Shown here piece after piece: positions 7,808-16,235 of a stretch of 64,000 bases of DNA. Under the pieces are notes generated by a model, which saw nothing but the letters and a program-made list of their open reading frames with translations, had not been told where the DNA came from and ran no database searches. The position numbers were made by a program, and so were the translations under genes. Location of the stretch: IMG/VR virus record IMGVR_UViG_3300034954_001721; one strand, 5' to 3'. Source of the DNA: a virus. The stretch's first letter is position 1. Each line of letters opens with the position of its first letter.

Positions 7808-10198
7808 ATGCTTAAAACTAATATTGGTGATAGAGTAAAGGAAAGACTTCTCTACACCTTGGGCAAACGCTCAGAAAATGCCTCAGCACACGATGTGTAT
7901 ACGGCATTGTGCTATGCAGTTAGAGATAAGATGGTGGAGAACCATCTGGTTGAGAAGTCTCATAGAAAAGAGATTGCATATCTTTCAGCAGAATTTTTGA
8001 TTGGTCCACAGTTAAGCAATAATCTCCTCAACTTAGATATCCGCAAAGAAGCAGCAGAAGCAGTTGGTAAGTACGGATATACTCTGGATGAGATCTTAGA
8101 ACTGTCAGTTGAACCTGGACTTGGTAATGGTGGTCTGGGTAGACTCGCTGCTTGTTATATGGAATCTCTGGCAACTTTGAGAGTGCCAGCAACTGGATAT
8201 GGTATCAGATATAAGTATGGTATTTTCAAACAGACCATCAAGGACAATCAGCAGGTAGAGGTTACTGATAACTGGTTGCACGGAGATTGGCCCTGGGAAC
8301 TTTGTTATCCTGATGAATCAGTAGAAGTTGGATTTGGTGGTAAGGTTGAGCACTACGAACTAGAAGAGGGTGAGTATCGAGTTCGTTGGGTTCCTGCTAC
8401 TCACGTTGTTGCTGTTCCTTACGATGTCTTGCAAGCAGGATACAAGGTTGATAGTTGTGCAAAGATCAGACTCTGGAGAGCAGATGCTACAGATGTATTT
8501 GATTTCTATGCTTTCAATATTGGTGACTACCTTGGGTCAGTTGAACAGAGCGTAACTTCTGAAACTATCTCTAAGGTTTTGTATCCCAATGACGGTACAG
8601 ATCAGGGCAAGGAACTCAGACTGAAGCAGCAGTTCTTCTTTGTAAGTGCTTCACTTCAGGATATGCTTCGCAGTATGAAAGAACGTGCATTGCCTCTTGA
8701 GGACTTTCATAAGCACTTTCAAGTTCAGTTGAATGATACGCACCCATCTGTTGCTGTAGCAGAACTGATGAGGTTGCTTGTGGATGAGCACCACCTGGAC
8801 TGGGATCTGGCGTGGGACATTACAAGTAAGTCAATTGCTTACACGAATCATACATTGTTGCCAGAGGCACTAGAGAAGTGGAGTCTGAAGTTGTTTGAGA
8901 AACTTCTGCCTAGACACCTGGAAATCATTTATGAAATCAACTCTCGTTTCTTGCAGATTGTGAGAATGAGATATCCTGGTGATGATGAAACTCTGAGCAA
9001 ACTATCCATCATTGATGAAACTGGTAGTAAGTCAATTCGTATGGCAAACCTTGCTACAGTCGGTTCTCATCACGTCAATGGTGTTGCTGCACTCCACTCA
9101 GATTTGATTACTAAGAATTTGATGCCAGAGTTCTATGATCTTTGGCCACACAAATTCACCAATGTAACTAATGGTGTGACACCACGCCGTTGGTTGGCAG
9201 ATTCTAATCCAGCACTCGCAGAAGTTCTTGATGAATATGCTGGACCAGAATGGGCAACTGATATGGATATTCTCAGGAATCTAGAGAATCATATTGATGA
9301 TAATCATCTGCTTGAGAAGATTGATGCTACCAAGCTCATAGGTAAGCATAAACTGTCTCAATACATACAGAACACACTTGGCATTTCTGTTGATCCGTCA
9401 AGTATGTTTGATGTGCAGGTGAAGAGAATTCATGAGTACAAACGACAGCATCTCCTTGCTTTATGGATTGTGTCTCGGTACATGTATATCAAAAATCATA
9501 AAGACGATTACGTTGTACCTCGCACAGTAATCTTTGGTGGTAAGGCAGCACCTGGTTACTATATGGCGAAAGAGATTATTCGCTTTATCTGTAATGTTGC
9601 TGAGACGATCAACTCTGATCCTGATATGGATGGGAAGTTGCGTGTGGTCTTCTTGCCAAACTACAGTGTGAAGTTGGGGCAGAAAGTATATCCTGCTGCT
9701 GATCTTTCTGAGCAAATCTCTACTGCAGGTAAGGAGGCATCCGGTACTGGTAATATGAAGTTCCAGATGAATGGTGCTTTGACTATTGGAACACTTGATG
9801 GTGCCAACGTTGAAATCCGTGATCTGGTTGGGGAAGAGAACTTCTTTCTCTTTGGTAATACTGAAGATGAGATTGCTGCTCTATGGGCAAATGGATATGA
9901 TCCAAAAGAATATATGAGTGCTGGTCTTTTTGAAGCAATTGAACTTATCAAATCTGGTCACTTCTCAAACGGAAATAAGAACTCATTCAATAATTTGGTG
10001 AGTAATATTATGGATAGAGATCCTTTCTGTGTCTGTGCAGACTTTGCTGACTACTGTCGTGCCCAAACTGTAGTGGACACCACTTGGGGTAATAGAGAAG
10101 AGTGGAACCGTAAGTCTCTTATGAACATTGCTAGGTCTGGATTCTTCTCTTCTGATCGGTCCATTCAGGATTACTGCGATACGATTTGGAAAATTTGA
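7808..10198 (+). CDS. glgP: Glycogen/alpha-glucan phosphorylase (GT35)
   Basis: PGLGNGGLGRLAAC, QLNDTHP, YTNHT, VKRIHEYKRQ, PLP-lysine motif EASGTGNMKF, FSSDRSI; intact 796 aa. Confidence 0.97.
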   Translation: MLKTNIGDRVKERLLYTLGKRSENASAHDVYTALCYAVRDKMVENHLVEKSHRKEIAYLSAEFLIGPQLSNNLLNLDIRKEAAEAVGKYGYTLDEILELSVEPGLGNGGLGRLAACYMESLATLRVPATGYGIRYKYGIFKQTIKDNQQVEVTDNWLHGDWPWELCYPDESVEVGFGGKVEHYELEEGEYRVRWVPATHVVAVPYDVLQAGYKVDSCAKIRLWRADATDVFDFYAFNIGDYLGSVEQSVTSETISKVLYPNDGTDQGKELRLKQQFFFVSASLQDMLRSMKERALPLEDFHKHFQVQLNDTHPSVAVAELMRLLVDEHHLDWDLAWDITSKSIAYTNHTLLPEALEKWSLKLFEKLLPRHLEIIYEINSRFLQIVRMRYPGDDETLSKLSIIDETGSKSIRMANLATVGSHHVNGVAALHSDLITKNLMPEFYDLWPHKFTNVTNGVTPRRWLADSNPALAEVLDEYAGPEWATDMDILRNLENHIDDNHLLEKIDATKLIGKHKLSQYIQNTLGISVDPSSMFDVQVKRIHEYKRQHLLALWIVSRYMYIKNHKDDYVVPRTVIFGGKAAPGYYMAKEIIRFICNVAETINSDPDMDGKLRVVFLPNYSVKLGQKVYPAADLSEQISTAGKEASGTGNMKFQMNGALTIGTLDGANVEIRDLVGEENFFLFGNTEDEIAALWANGYDPKEYMSAGLFEAIELIKSGHFSNGNKNSFNNLVSNIMDRDPFCVCADFADYCRAQTVVDTTWGNREEWNRKSLMNIARSGFFSSDRSIQDYCDTIWKI

Positions 10199-10207
10199 AA
10201 AAGGGGG

Positions 10208-10236
10208 TTGACAGATACGGAGAACCGAAGTATTAT
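10208..10236 (+). promoter_or_regulatory. psbA promoter
   Basis: TTGACA-17-TATTAT. Confidence 0.8.
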
Positions 10237-10284
10237 ACATAATGTAGAACGTTACGAAACGTAACACTCAAACACCCCACAAAC

Positions 10285-10390
10285 CAAGACCTCTAGGGTG
10301 TATAAAAACGTCTTTCATATCCTCTCTAAGGGTGAGAGGAAATAGTAACTCCACCATTTCCCTGATGGTCTTACTTTTTTGTTTAAAACA
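10285..10390 (+). ncRNA. Structured psbA 5' leader, PhotoRC-II-like cis-regulatory RNA
   Basis: Stems CCTCTC/GAGAGG, ACCAT/ATGGT and GTAA/TTAC in a long leader directly upstream of phage psbA; boundaries approximate. Confidence 0.55.
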
Positions 10391-11470
10391 ATGGCTTCAA
10401 CTCTTTCAAGACAACAATCACAATCCTCGTGGGAAAATTTCTGCGAGTGGGTAACATCCACCAATAACCGTCTCTATGTCGGTTGGTTCGGCGTTCTGAT
10501 GATTCCAACTCTGTTGGCAGCAACTATCTGCTTCATCGTCGCCTTCATCGCTGCTCCCCCTGTGGACATCGATGGCATCCGTGAACCCGTCGCTGGTTCA
10601 CTCATGTATGGTAACAACATCATCTCTGGTGCGGTTGTTCCCTCTTCCAACGCAATTGGACTCCACTTCTATCCCATCTGGGAAGCCGCATCGCTCGACG
10701 AGTGGCTGTATAACGGTGGTCCTTTCCAACTCGTAGTCTTCCACTTCCTGATCGGCATCTATGCCTATATGGGTCGTGAGTGGGAACTTTCCTATCGTTT
10801 GGGTATGCGCCCCTGGATCTGCGTTGCTTACAGCGCACCTGTCGCTGCTGCTTCTGCTGTATTCCTCGTCTATCCTTTCGGTCAAGGTAGTTTCTCCGAT
10901 GCTATGCCTCTTGGTATCTCTGGTACTTTTAACTATATGCTTGTATTCCAAGCAGAACACAATATCCTTATGCATCCGTTCCACATGCTCGGTGTTGCTG
11001 GGGTATTCGGTGGATCTCTGTTCTCTGCTATGCATGGAAGTTTGGTTACTTCTTCGCTGGTTCGTGAAACCACGGAAACTGAGTCCCAGAACTATGGTTA
11101 TAAGTTCGGTCAAGAAGAAGAGACATACAACATCGTCGCCGCTCACGGTTACTTCGGTCGCCTGATCTTCCAATATGCATCCTTTAACAACTCACGCTCT
11201 TTGCACTTCTTCCTCGCTGCTTGGCCTGTTATTGGAATCTGGTTCACTGCCCTTGGTGTTTCTACCATGGCATTCAATCTCAATGGTTTCAACTTCAACC
11301 AGTCTATCCTTGATAACCAAGGACAAGTTCTGAATACTTGGGCAGATGTTCTGAACCGTGCAGGTCTGGGTATGGAAGTGATGCACGAGCGCAACGCTCA
11401 CAATTTCCCTCTCGACCTTGCTGCTGCTGAGTCAACTCCTGTTGCACTCACCGCACCTAGCATCGGTTGA
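10391..11470 (+). CDS. psbA: Photosystem II D1 protein
   Basis: Unmistakable D1 sequence ([14 protein letters not shown]...[13 protein letters not shown]); no intron. Confidence 0.99.
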   Translation: MASTLSRQQSQSSWENFCEWVTSTNNRLYVGWFGVLMIPTLLAATICFIVAFIAAPPVDIDGIREPVAGSLMYGNNIISGAVVPSSNAIGLHFYPIWEAASLDEWLYNGGPFQLVVFHFLIGIYAYMGREWELSYRLGMRPWICVAYSAPVAAASAVFLVYPFGQGSFSDAMPLGISGTFNYMLVFQAEHNILMHPFHMLGVAGVFGGSLFSAMHGSLVTSSLVRETTETESQNYGYKFGQEEETYNIVAAHGYFGRLIFQYASFNNSRSLHFFLAAWPVIGIWFTALGVSTMAFNLNGFNFNQSILDNQGQVLNTWADVLNRAGLGMEVMHERNAHNFPLDLAAAESTPVALTAPSIG

Positions 11471-11492
11471 TATTTAACTCACATACAAAAAG

Positions 11493-11519
11493 TAGGGGAC
11501 TTTGGTCCCCTATTTTTTT
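11493..11519 (+). terminator. Intrinsic terminator after psbA
   Basis: TAGGGGAC-tttg-GTCCCCTA followed by T7. Confidence 0.85.
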
Positions 11520-11537
11520 CTCCTTGTATGTTAAGAT

Positions 11538-11669
11538 ATGATAAGTTCACAAACACCTTATAAACTTGCTGAGATCATTCGTGATACTTGGCCACAACTC
11601 TATTACTTAAAAGGAGGTAAAAAAATTGGTAGCATCAACACTACAACAACCAAGGAGGGAATGGTTTGA
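11538..11669 (+). CDS. Small hypothetical peptide between psbA and psbD (not in ORF track)
   Basis: [23 protein letters not shown]...; overlaps the psbD start. Confidence 0.45.
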   Translation: MISSQTPYKLAEIIRDTWPQLYYLKGGKKIGSINTTTTKEGMV

Positions 11670-12681
11670 CATCCTTGATGACTGGCTTAAACGCGACCGC
11701 TTTATCTTTGTGGGCTGGTCTGGACTACTACTTTTTCCCACTGCTTATTTGGCCATTGGTGGCTGGCTTACTGGCACGACCTTTGTTACAAGCTGGTATA
11801 CCCACGGGTTGGCGTCTTCTTATCTTGAGGGTGCTAATTTCCTCACAGCGGCTGTGTCAACGCCTGCTGATGCTATGGGTCATTCTCTTCTTCTACTTTG
11901 GGGTCCTGAAGCTCAGGGCGATTTCGTCAGGTGGTGCCAACTTGGGGGACTCTGGGCTTTTGTGGCGCTCCACGGCGCTTTCGCCCTCATTGGTTTCATG
12001 CTTAGGCAATTTGAACTTGCTCGTCTAATCGGTATCCGTCCCTACAATGCTATTGCTTTCTCTGGTCCTATTGCTGTTTTTGTCAGCGTTTTTCTCATAT
12101 ATCCTCTGGGACAGTCGTCCTGGTTCTTCGCGCCATCGTTTGGGGTTGCGGCTATTTTCCGCTTCTTACTTTTCCTACAAGGTTTCCACAATTGGACGCT
12201 TAATCCGTTCCACATGATGGGAGTCGCAGGTATCCTAGGTGGAGCACTACTCAGTGCAATCCATGGTGTCACAGTGGAGAATACTTTATATCAAGATGGC
12301 GAACAAGCAAACACGTTCAAAGCGTTCGACTCGACGCAAGAAGAAGAAACATATTCCATGGTCACGGCGAATCGATTTTGGTCGCAGATATTTGGAATTG
12401 CTTTTAGCAATAAACGTTGGTTGCATTTTTTCATGTTGTTTGTACCTGTTATGGGCCTATGGACTTCTTCCATTGGGATTATTGGTCTTGCCCTCAATCT
12501 TCGTGCATACGATTTTGTATCTCAAGAGATTCGAGCAGCGGAAGACCCAGAGTTCGAGACGTTCTACACTAAGAACATTCTATTGAACGAAGGTCTTCGT
12601 GCATGGTTGGCACCAGTTGATCAACCACATGAAAACTTCGTGTTTCCTGAAGAAGTATTGCCTCGTGGTAATGCACTCTAA
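11626..12681 (+). CDS. psbD: Photosystem II D2 protein (TTG start)
   Basis: D2 sequence [14 protein letters not shown]...[10 protein letters not shown]; AGGAGG SD upstream. Confidence 0.99.
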   Translation: MVASTLQQPRREWFDILDDWLKRDRFIFVGWSGLLLFPTAYLAIGGWLTGTTFVTSWYTHGLASSYLEGANFLTAAVSTPADAMGHSLLLLWGPEAQGDFVRWCQLGGLWAFVALHGAFALIGFMLRQFELARLIGIRPYNAIAFSGPIAVFVSVFLIYPLGQSSWFFAPSFGVAAIFRFLLFLQGFHNWTLNPFHMMGVAGILGGALLSAIHGVTVENTLYQDGEQANTFKAFDSTQEEETYSMVTANRFWSQIFGIAFSNKRWLHFFMLFVPVMGLWTSSIGIIGLALNLRAYDFVSQEIRAAEDPEFETFYTKNILLNEGLRAWLAPVDQPHENFVFPEEVLPRGNAL

Positions 12682-12739
12682 AGGATGTTGTGGAGCAGGA
12701 TGTTATGACTGTCCATTCAGACCACGAACCAAACGGTGA
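12671..12739 (+). CDS. Cys-motif micropeptide (DUF5522-like)
   Basis: [22 protein letters not shown], CCGxGCxxCP motif. Confidence 0.45.
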   Translation: MHSKGCCGAGCYDCPFRPRTKR

Positions 12740-12833
12740 AGACACCATACCTAGATGGTTATGGATAGGGGCAGCAGGTCTGCTCCTTTTCACCATTTTA
12801 TGTTTTCTAATTATGCTTGCAGGAATGCTTTGA
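12705..12833 (+). CDS. Small membrane peptide
   Basis: [42 protein letters not shown]. Confidence 0.5.
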   Translation: MTVHSDHEPNGEDTIPRWLWIGAAGLLLFTILCFLIMLAGML

Positions 12834-12879
12834 CTAAAAATTTTATGATCCAATATCAACAATTCAAAGAATAGATTAA

Positions 12880-13089
12880 ATGAATCACTATCTCCTATTC
12901 GTATATGGGGTATGTTTTGCTCTTATCGGGGGCGCAGCATTCGCCATGATGTGGGCAAACATTAATTCACTTGATATCAAACCCATATCAAAAAAACAAA
13001 GACATCCAGAGGTACCAGAACCAGGAGAAGAGGTGATGTATGTCGATCTTTCAAGAGAAAAACTAGAGAGATTATATGATGACAAATAG
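12880..13089 (+). CDS. DUF2973-like membrane protein
   Basis: TM helix followed by RHPE...GEEVMYVD. Confidence 0.6.
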   Translation: MNHYLLFVYGVCFALIGGAAFAMMWANINSLDIKPISKKQRHPEVPEPGEEVMYVDLSREKLERLYDDK

Positions 13090-13114
13090 ATGAGGCAACA
13101 CACTTTGATTTTGG

Positions 13115-13142
13115 AGAGAGGTTAAGAAACCTCTCTTTTTTT
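13115..13142 (+). terminator. Intrinsic terminator
   Basis: AGAGAGGTT-aaga-AACCTCTCT followed by a T-run. Confidence 0.8.
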
Positions 13143-13295
13143 ATACCTATGTAAAAAAGAAAAGAAAGTTTAATAATTTATGTGTAAATCGACACATTGT
13201 TCCTATATAGTGATAGAATTGGGAAGTCAATTATGAAATGAAAACCCCAAATCTTTTGTAAATTTTGGCATGATTTAAATTACGTGGAGGTAATT

Positions 13296-13493
13296 ATGCA
13301 TAATATTCTTTCGCACAATCAACTGGAAGGTTGGAAAGACGCATTCTTACGACTAAACAAAACACTGGATCGATCATTGGAGGAATCAGATGTTATCAAC
13401 GACTATTATGATTGTTTGATTGAATGCGATGATAGTCAATCAACATGTAAACGGATCTGTCGGGAGGTTCTAAGAGATCACCCCGTTGGGTGA
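13296..13493 (+). CDS. Small protein with C-terminal four-Cys motif
   Basis: GGAGG SD; YYDCLIECDDSQSTCKRIC. Confidence 0.65.
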   Translation: MHNILSHNQLEGWKDAFLRLNKTLDRSLEESDVINDYYDCLIECDDSQSTCKRICREVLRDHPVG

Positions 13494-13539
13494 AAAGAAA
13501 CGATTATGATATAATAGGAGGGTTAACACCCTCTTTTTT

Positions 13540-13716
13540 ATGTCTAGAATGCGTGACCCATTGGTGCATGGGTTTTGGTGTGTTGGTTACGTTCTCAATG
13601 GTGAGGACAAGGTAGCAACATTCTTTCAGATGGAATCAGCACAAGAAGCACTAGTAAGGATGATGAAGATGGGTGTTGAGTGTAATGGTATGTGGGAATG
13701 GAAGTTTGAAAAATAA
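13540..13716 (+). CDS. Hypothetical protein, 58 aa (not in ORF track)
   Basis: MSRMRDPLVHGFWCVGY...MWEWKFEK; preceded by TATAAT and a hairpin. Confidence 0.5.
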   Translation: MSRMRDPLVHGFWCVGYVLNGEDKVATFFQMESAQEALVRMMKMGVECNGMWEWKFEK

Positions 13717-13758
13717 ATAGTAATGTAGTCACGGGCACACAACCCAAGCAGGTTTCCC

Positions 13759-13962
13759 ATGTATCGGGAACCGCATTTACAGTGTAAGTCGGACAAATGT
13801 CGTGACCTCTGGTTGGTATGGAAAGAATTTTGGGACAGAGATAACAACAGTAAAGAAACAAAAGAAGCAAGAAAAAATTGGGGTCAATGTGTAACAGAAT
13901 TTGGTGAAATGGTTAGTGAGGAAGTCCGCACAAATCCCAGGTATCACGGTATACGGAAGTAA
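13759..13962 (+). CDS. Hypothetical protein
   Basis: ORF downstream of an AATAAATA late-promoter-like motif. Confidence 0.55.
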   Translation: MYREPHLQCKSDKCRDLWLVWKEFWDRDNNSKETKEARKNWGQCVTEFGEMVSEEVRTNPRYHGIRK

Positions 13963-13988
13963 TATATACTGAAGATGCGTAAACTTAA

Positions 13989-14312
13989 ATGAAGTTTTTC
14001 TTCGCACTTCTTGCTACACTCTTTCTTGCTACACCTGCTTGGGCTGTAGATGTTCAAATGGGATCAAATGGTAACTTGATTTTTGACCCAGCAGATGTTA
14101 CAATATCCGCAGGTGAGTCAGTTCACTTTGTGAATAATATGCTCCCTCCACATAATGTGATCGTAGAGGATCGTCCTGATCTTGCTCATGAATCACTCGC
14201 TATGCTTCCTGGTGAAGAGTTTGATATCACCTTTAATGATCCAGGTGATTACACCTATTGGTGTGCTCCTCATAAAGGCGCTGGTATGATTGGTACCGTA
14301 CACGTTGAATGA
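13989..14312 (+). CDS. petE: Plastocyanin
   Basis: Signal peptide; PHNV and YWCAPHKGAGMIG type-1 Cu ligands. Confidence 0.95.
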   Translation: MKFFFALLATLFLATPAWAVDVQMGSNGNLIFDPADVTISAGESVHFVNNMLPPHNVIVEDRPDLAHESLAMLPGEEFDITFNDPGDYTYWCAPHKGAGMIGTVHVE

Positions 14313-14332
14313 TGCAGTATACGCACAATTAC

Positions 14333-14977
14333 ATGAAAATTTTTCTGGATACAGCAGACACCGAAGTTATTAATAATGCCTATCGAAGTGGATTGGTAGA
14401 TGGTGTCACTACCAACCCCACACTCATTATGAAGAGTGGTCGCAATCCTGAAGAGGTCTATCAGGAAATCAAAGATATTGGTATCACTGATATCAGTATG
14501 GAAGTGGTTGGCGATGAGGGTGAAATGTATCGTGAAGGCAAGCGTCTTTATGAGAAGTTTGGGAATGTTTGTACCGTCAAAGTTCCTTGCACCCGTGAAG
14601 GACTTGCTGTATGTAAGTCTCTTTCTGACCAGAATATCAAGGTCAATGTAACCCTTATCTTCAGTGCTGCTCAGGCAGTGCTTGCTGCTAAGGCAGGTGC
14701 TACCTATGTTTCACCATTCGTTGGTCGTCTTGATGACCAGTCTGTTGCTGGTCTTGAGGTTGTGCGTTCTATTTCTGAACTCTATCGTATTCATGGAGTG
14801 AGGACTCAGGTTCTTGCTGCTTCTATCCGAAGTGTTCAGCGTGCTGTTCGCTCTTGGTATAATGGTGCAGAAATTTGTACTATGCCACCAAAGGTCTTTG
14901 AACAGATGTATGACCACATCCTTACGGATAAAGGTCTGGAAATCTTTGATAAAGACTGGGCAGCAGTTAAGAAATAA
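14333..14977 (+). CDS. talC: Transaldolase, TalC/FSA family (alternative start 14309)
   Basis: IFLDTAD, GVTTNPT, VKVP, NVTLIFS, YVSPFVGRLDD, LAASIR. Confidence 0.95.
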   Translation: MKIFLDTADTEVINNAYRSGLVDGVTTNPTLIMKSGRNPEEVYQEIKDIGITDISMEVVGDEGEMYREGKRLYEKFGNVCTVKVPCTREGLAVCKSLSDQNIKVNVTLIFSAAQAVLAAKAGATYVSPFVGRLDDQSVAGLEVVRSISELYRIHGVRTQVLAASIRSVQRAVRSWYNGAEICTMPPKVFEQMYDHILTDKGLEIFDKDWAAVKK

Positions 14978-14980
14978 CCC

Positions 14981-15009
14981 TTTACATACCCCCACTTTGG
15001 GGGTATAAT
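14981..15009 (+). promoter_or_regulatory. Sigma70-type promoter with a palindromic spacer
   Basis: TTTACA-17-TATAAT; ATACCCCCA/TGGGGGTAT inverted repeat. Confidence 0.7.
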
Positions 15010-15031
15010 TGTATTAAGTTGAATTAATTCG

Positions 15032-15337
15032 ATGATTGGTAAACTTGATCCTGAAGAGTATGAAGATACTCTTGTGAACCAAATAGCAAGAGCTATCAAC
15101 AAACTAGGATGGGAACCGGGAGATGAAATCGATGTAGAAATCGGTGGAACATCTGTCTCTGGTATTGATGTTGGTGAGGAATATAACAAGAAGTGGCAAT
15201 CACCTCTTGGAACCAGAAAGTATAATAAAGATGCTTTCATCGTCATCAAAAATCAATCTCGTCGCGACCTAACTAAATCACAACCTTTTCCTGAAGGTGA
15301 ATTCAAACCTGCTCACCCTTACGAGAAAAAGAAATGA
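15032..15337 (+). CDS. Hypothetical protein
   Basis: ORF after promoter; phage-like codon usage. Confidence 0.65.
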   Translation: MIGKLDPEEYEDTLVNQIARAINKLGWEPGDEIDVEIGGTSVSGIDVGEEYNKKWQSPLGTRKYNKDAFIVIKNQSRRDLTKSQPFPEGEFKPAHPYEKKK

Positions 15338-15633
15338 GAGGTTACTATTCAGTATTCAATCCTAGGGGAGAAAAAATTGCTGACTGTGGTATTGAGAGGG
15401 ATGCAGTCAATCTTATGCATACCCGAAACAAATACTGGGACGGACACTATTTCACGTTTAATCCTCTTCCAGGTGATATTGTTGATATTGGTAGTAAAGA
15501 ACTTCCTTATATTCCAGTAAAATCAATTGCTGATGACATTGTTGTCAATATGGACGGTGGAGTTGGTGGTTCTTGGAAAGTAGATTCTGTTCCTTTATTG
15601 GAAGAAAATGATGGAGAAATCTTTTCACCCTGA
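15334..15633 (+). CDS. Hypothetical protein
   Basis: ATGA-coupled ORF. Confidence 0.6.
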   Translation: MRGYYSVFNPRGEKIADCGIERDAVNLMHTRNKYWDGHYFTFNPLPGDIVDIGSKELPYIPVKSIADDIVVNMDGGVGGSWKVDSVPLLEENDGEIFSP

Positions 15634-15787
15634 TAGTTCAAACTGGAGGGAAGATTATAAACAGTTCACAAGTGACAAGAGAGATCTTGTTTTACTTGAG
15701 AATGGTCCTAAGAGTCTGGCACAGTCATGGCATATGCAAGCAATGTATAATAAGTGGAAAAAAATTAGGGGTATTGATACTAAATAA
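15608..15787 (+). CDS. Hypothetical protein, 59 aa (not in ORF track)
   Basis: ...NWREDYKQFTSDKRDLVLLENGPKSLAQSWHMQAMYNKWKKIRG. Confidence 0.55.
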   Translation: MMEKSFHPDSSNWREDYKQFTSDKRDLVLLENGPKSLAQSWHMQAMYNKWKKIRGIDTK

Positions 15788-15806
15788 TTGTAAGACGTAA
15801 TTTTTT

Positions 15807-16178
15807 ATGCCTCTCTACAATACTCCCGAAGCCTATGTCTTTAACCTCCAAACCACAAGTTCCGCCGAAGCAAAAAGGTTATGGAGGCAAAAGATAAAGG
15901 AAAGTTGGGATTATAAATGTGCCTATTGTGGGTCTGAGCACAAACTCACAATAGACCACATTCAACCACGTTCAAAGGGAGGCACGGACTTTACAAAGAA
16001 TTGTCTTTGTGCCTGTCACAAGTGTAATCAAGATAAAGGTCATACTCCTTGGGAAGATTGGTATCTTTCTCAGGAGTTTTTTAGTATCCAGCGTTATGAA
16101 AAAATCAAAGACTGGATGAAACCTGAGAAACCTGCTAATCTTTACATGTATCGTTCCAGAAGGAATAATGCGAGTTGA
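15807..16178 (+). CDS. HNH endonuclease
   Basis: CAYCG, TIDHIQPRSKGG, NCLCACHKCNQDKG. Confidence 0.9.
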   Translation: MPLYNTPEAYVFNLQTTSSAEAKRLWRQKIKESWDYKCAYCGSEHKLTIDHIQPRSKGGTDFTKNCLCACHKCNQDKGHTPWEDWYLSQEFFSIQRYEKIKDWMKPEKPANLYMYRSRRNNAS

Positions 16179-16235
16179 ATAAATAAATGATAGCAGTACA
16201 TACTGCTATTTTTGGTAAATACCGAATGCGAATAA

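Noticed and set aside
10598-11173. 191-aa antisense ORF within psbA
   Set aside because: Shadow frame produced by psbA codon bias; no recognisable motif or SD
10391-12681. Group I intron or homing endonuclease in psbA/psbD
   Set aside because: Both frames are continuous and of normal length; the intergenic gap is only 155 nt
7808-12681. Host chromosomal origin of the glgP-psbA-psbD block
   Set aside because: Adjacent psbA-psbD without psbC, tight packing and AT-rich codon usage like the flanking phage genes indicate a phage locus
13296-13493. CP12 assignment for the four-Cys small protein
   Set aside because: Lacks the AWDxVEEL and CxxxPxxxEC(R/K)xY(D/E) signatures of CP12
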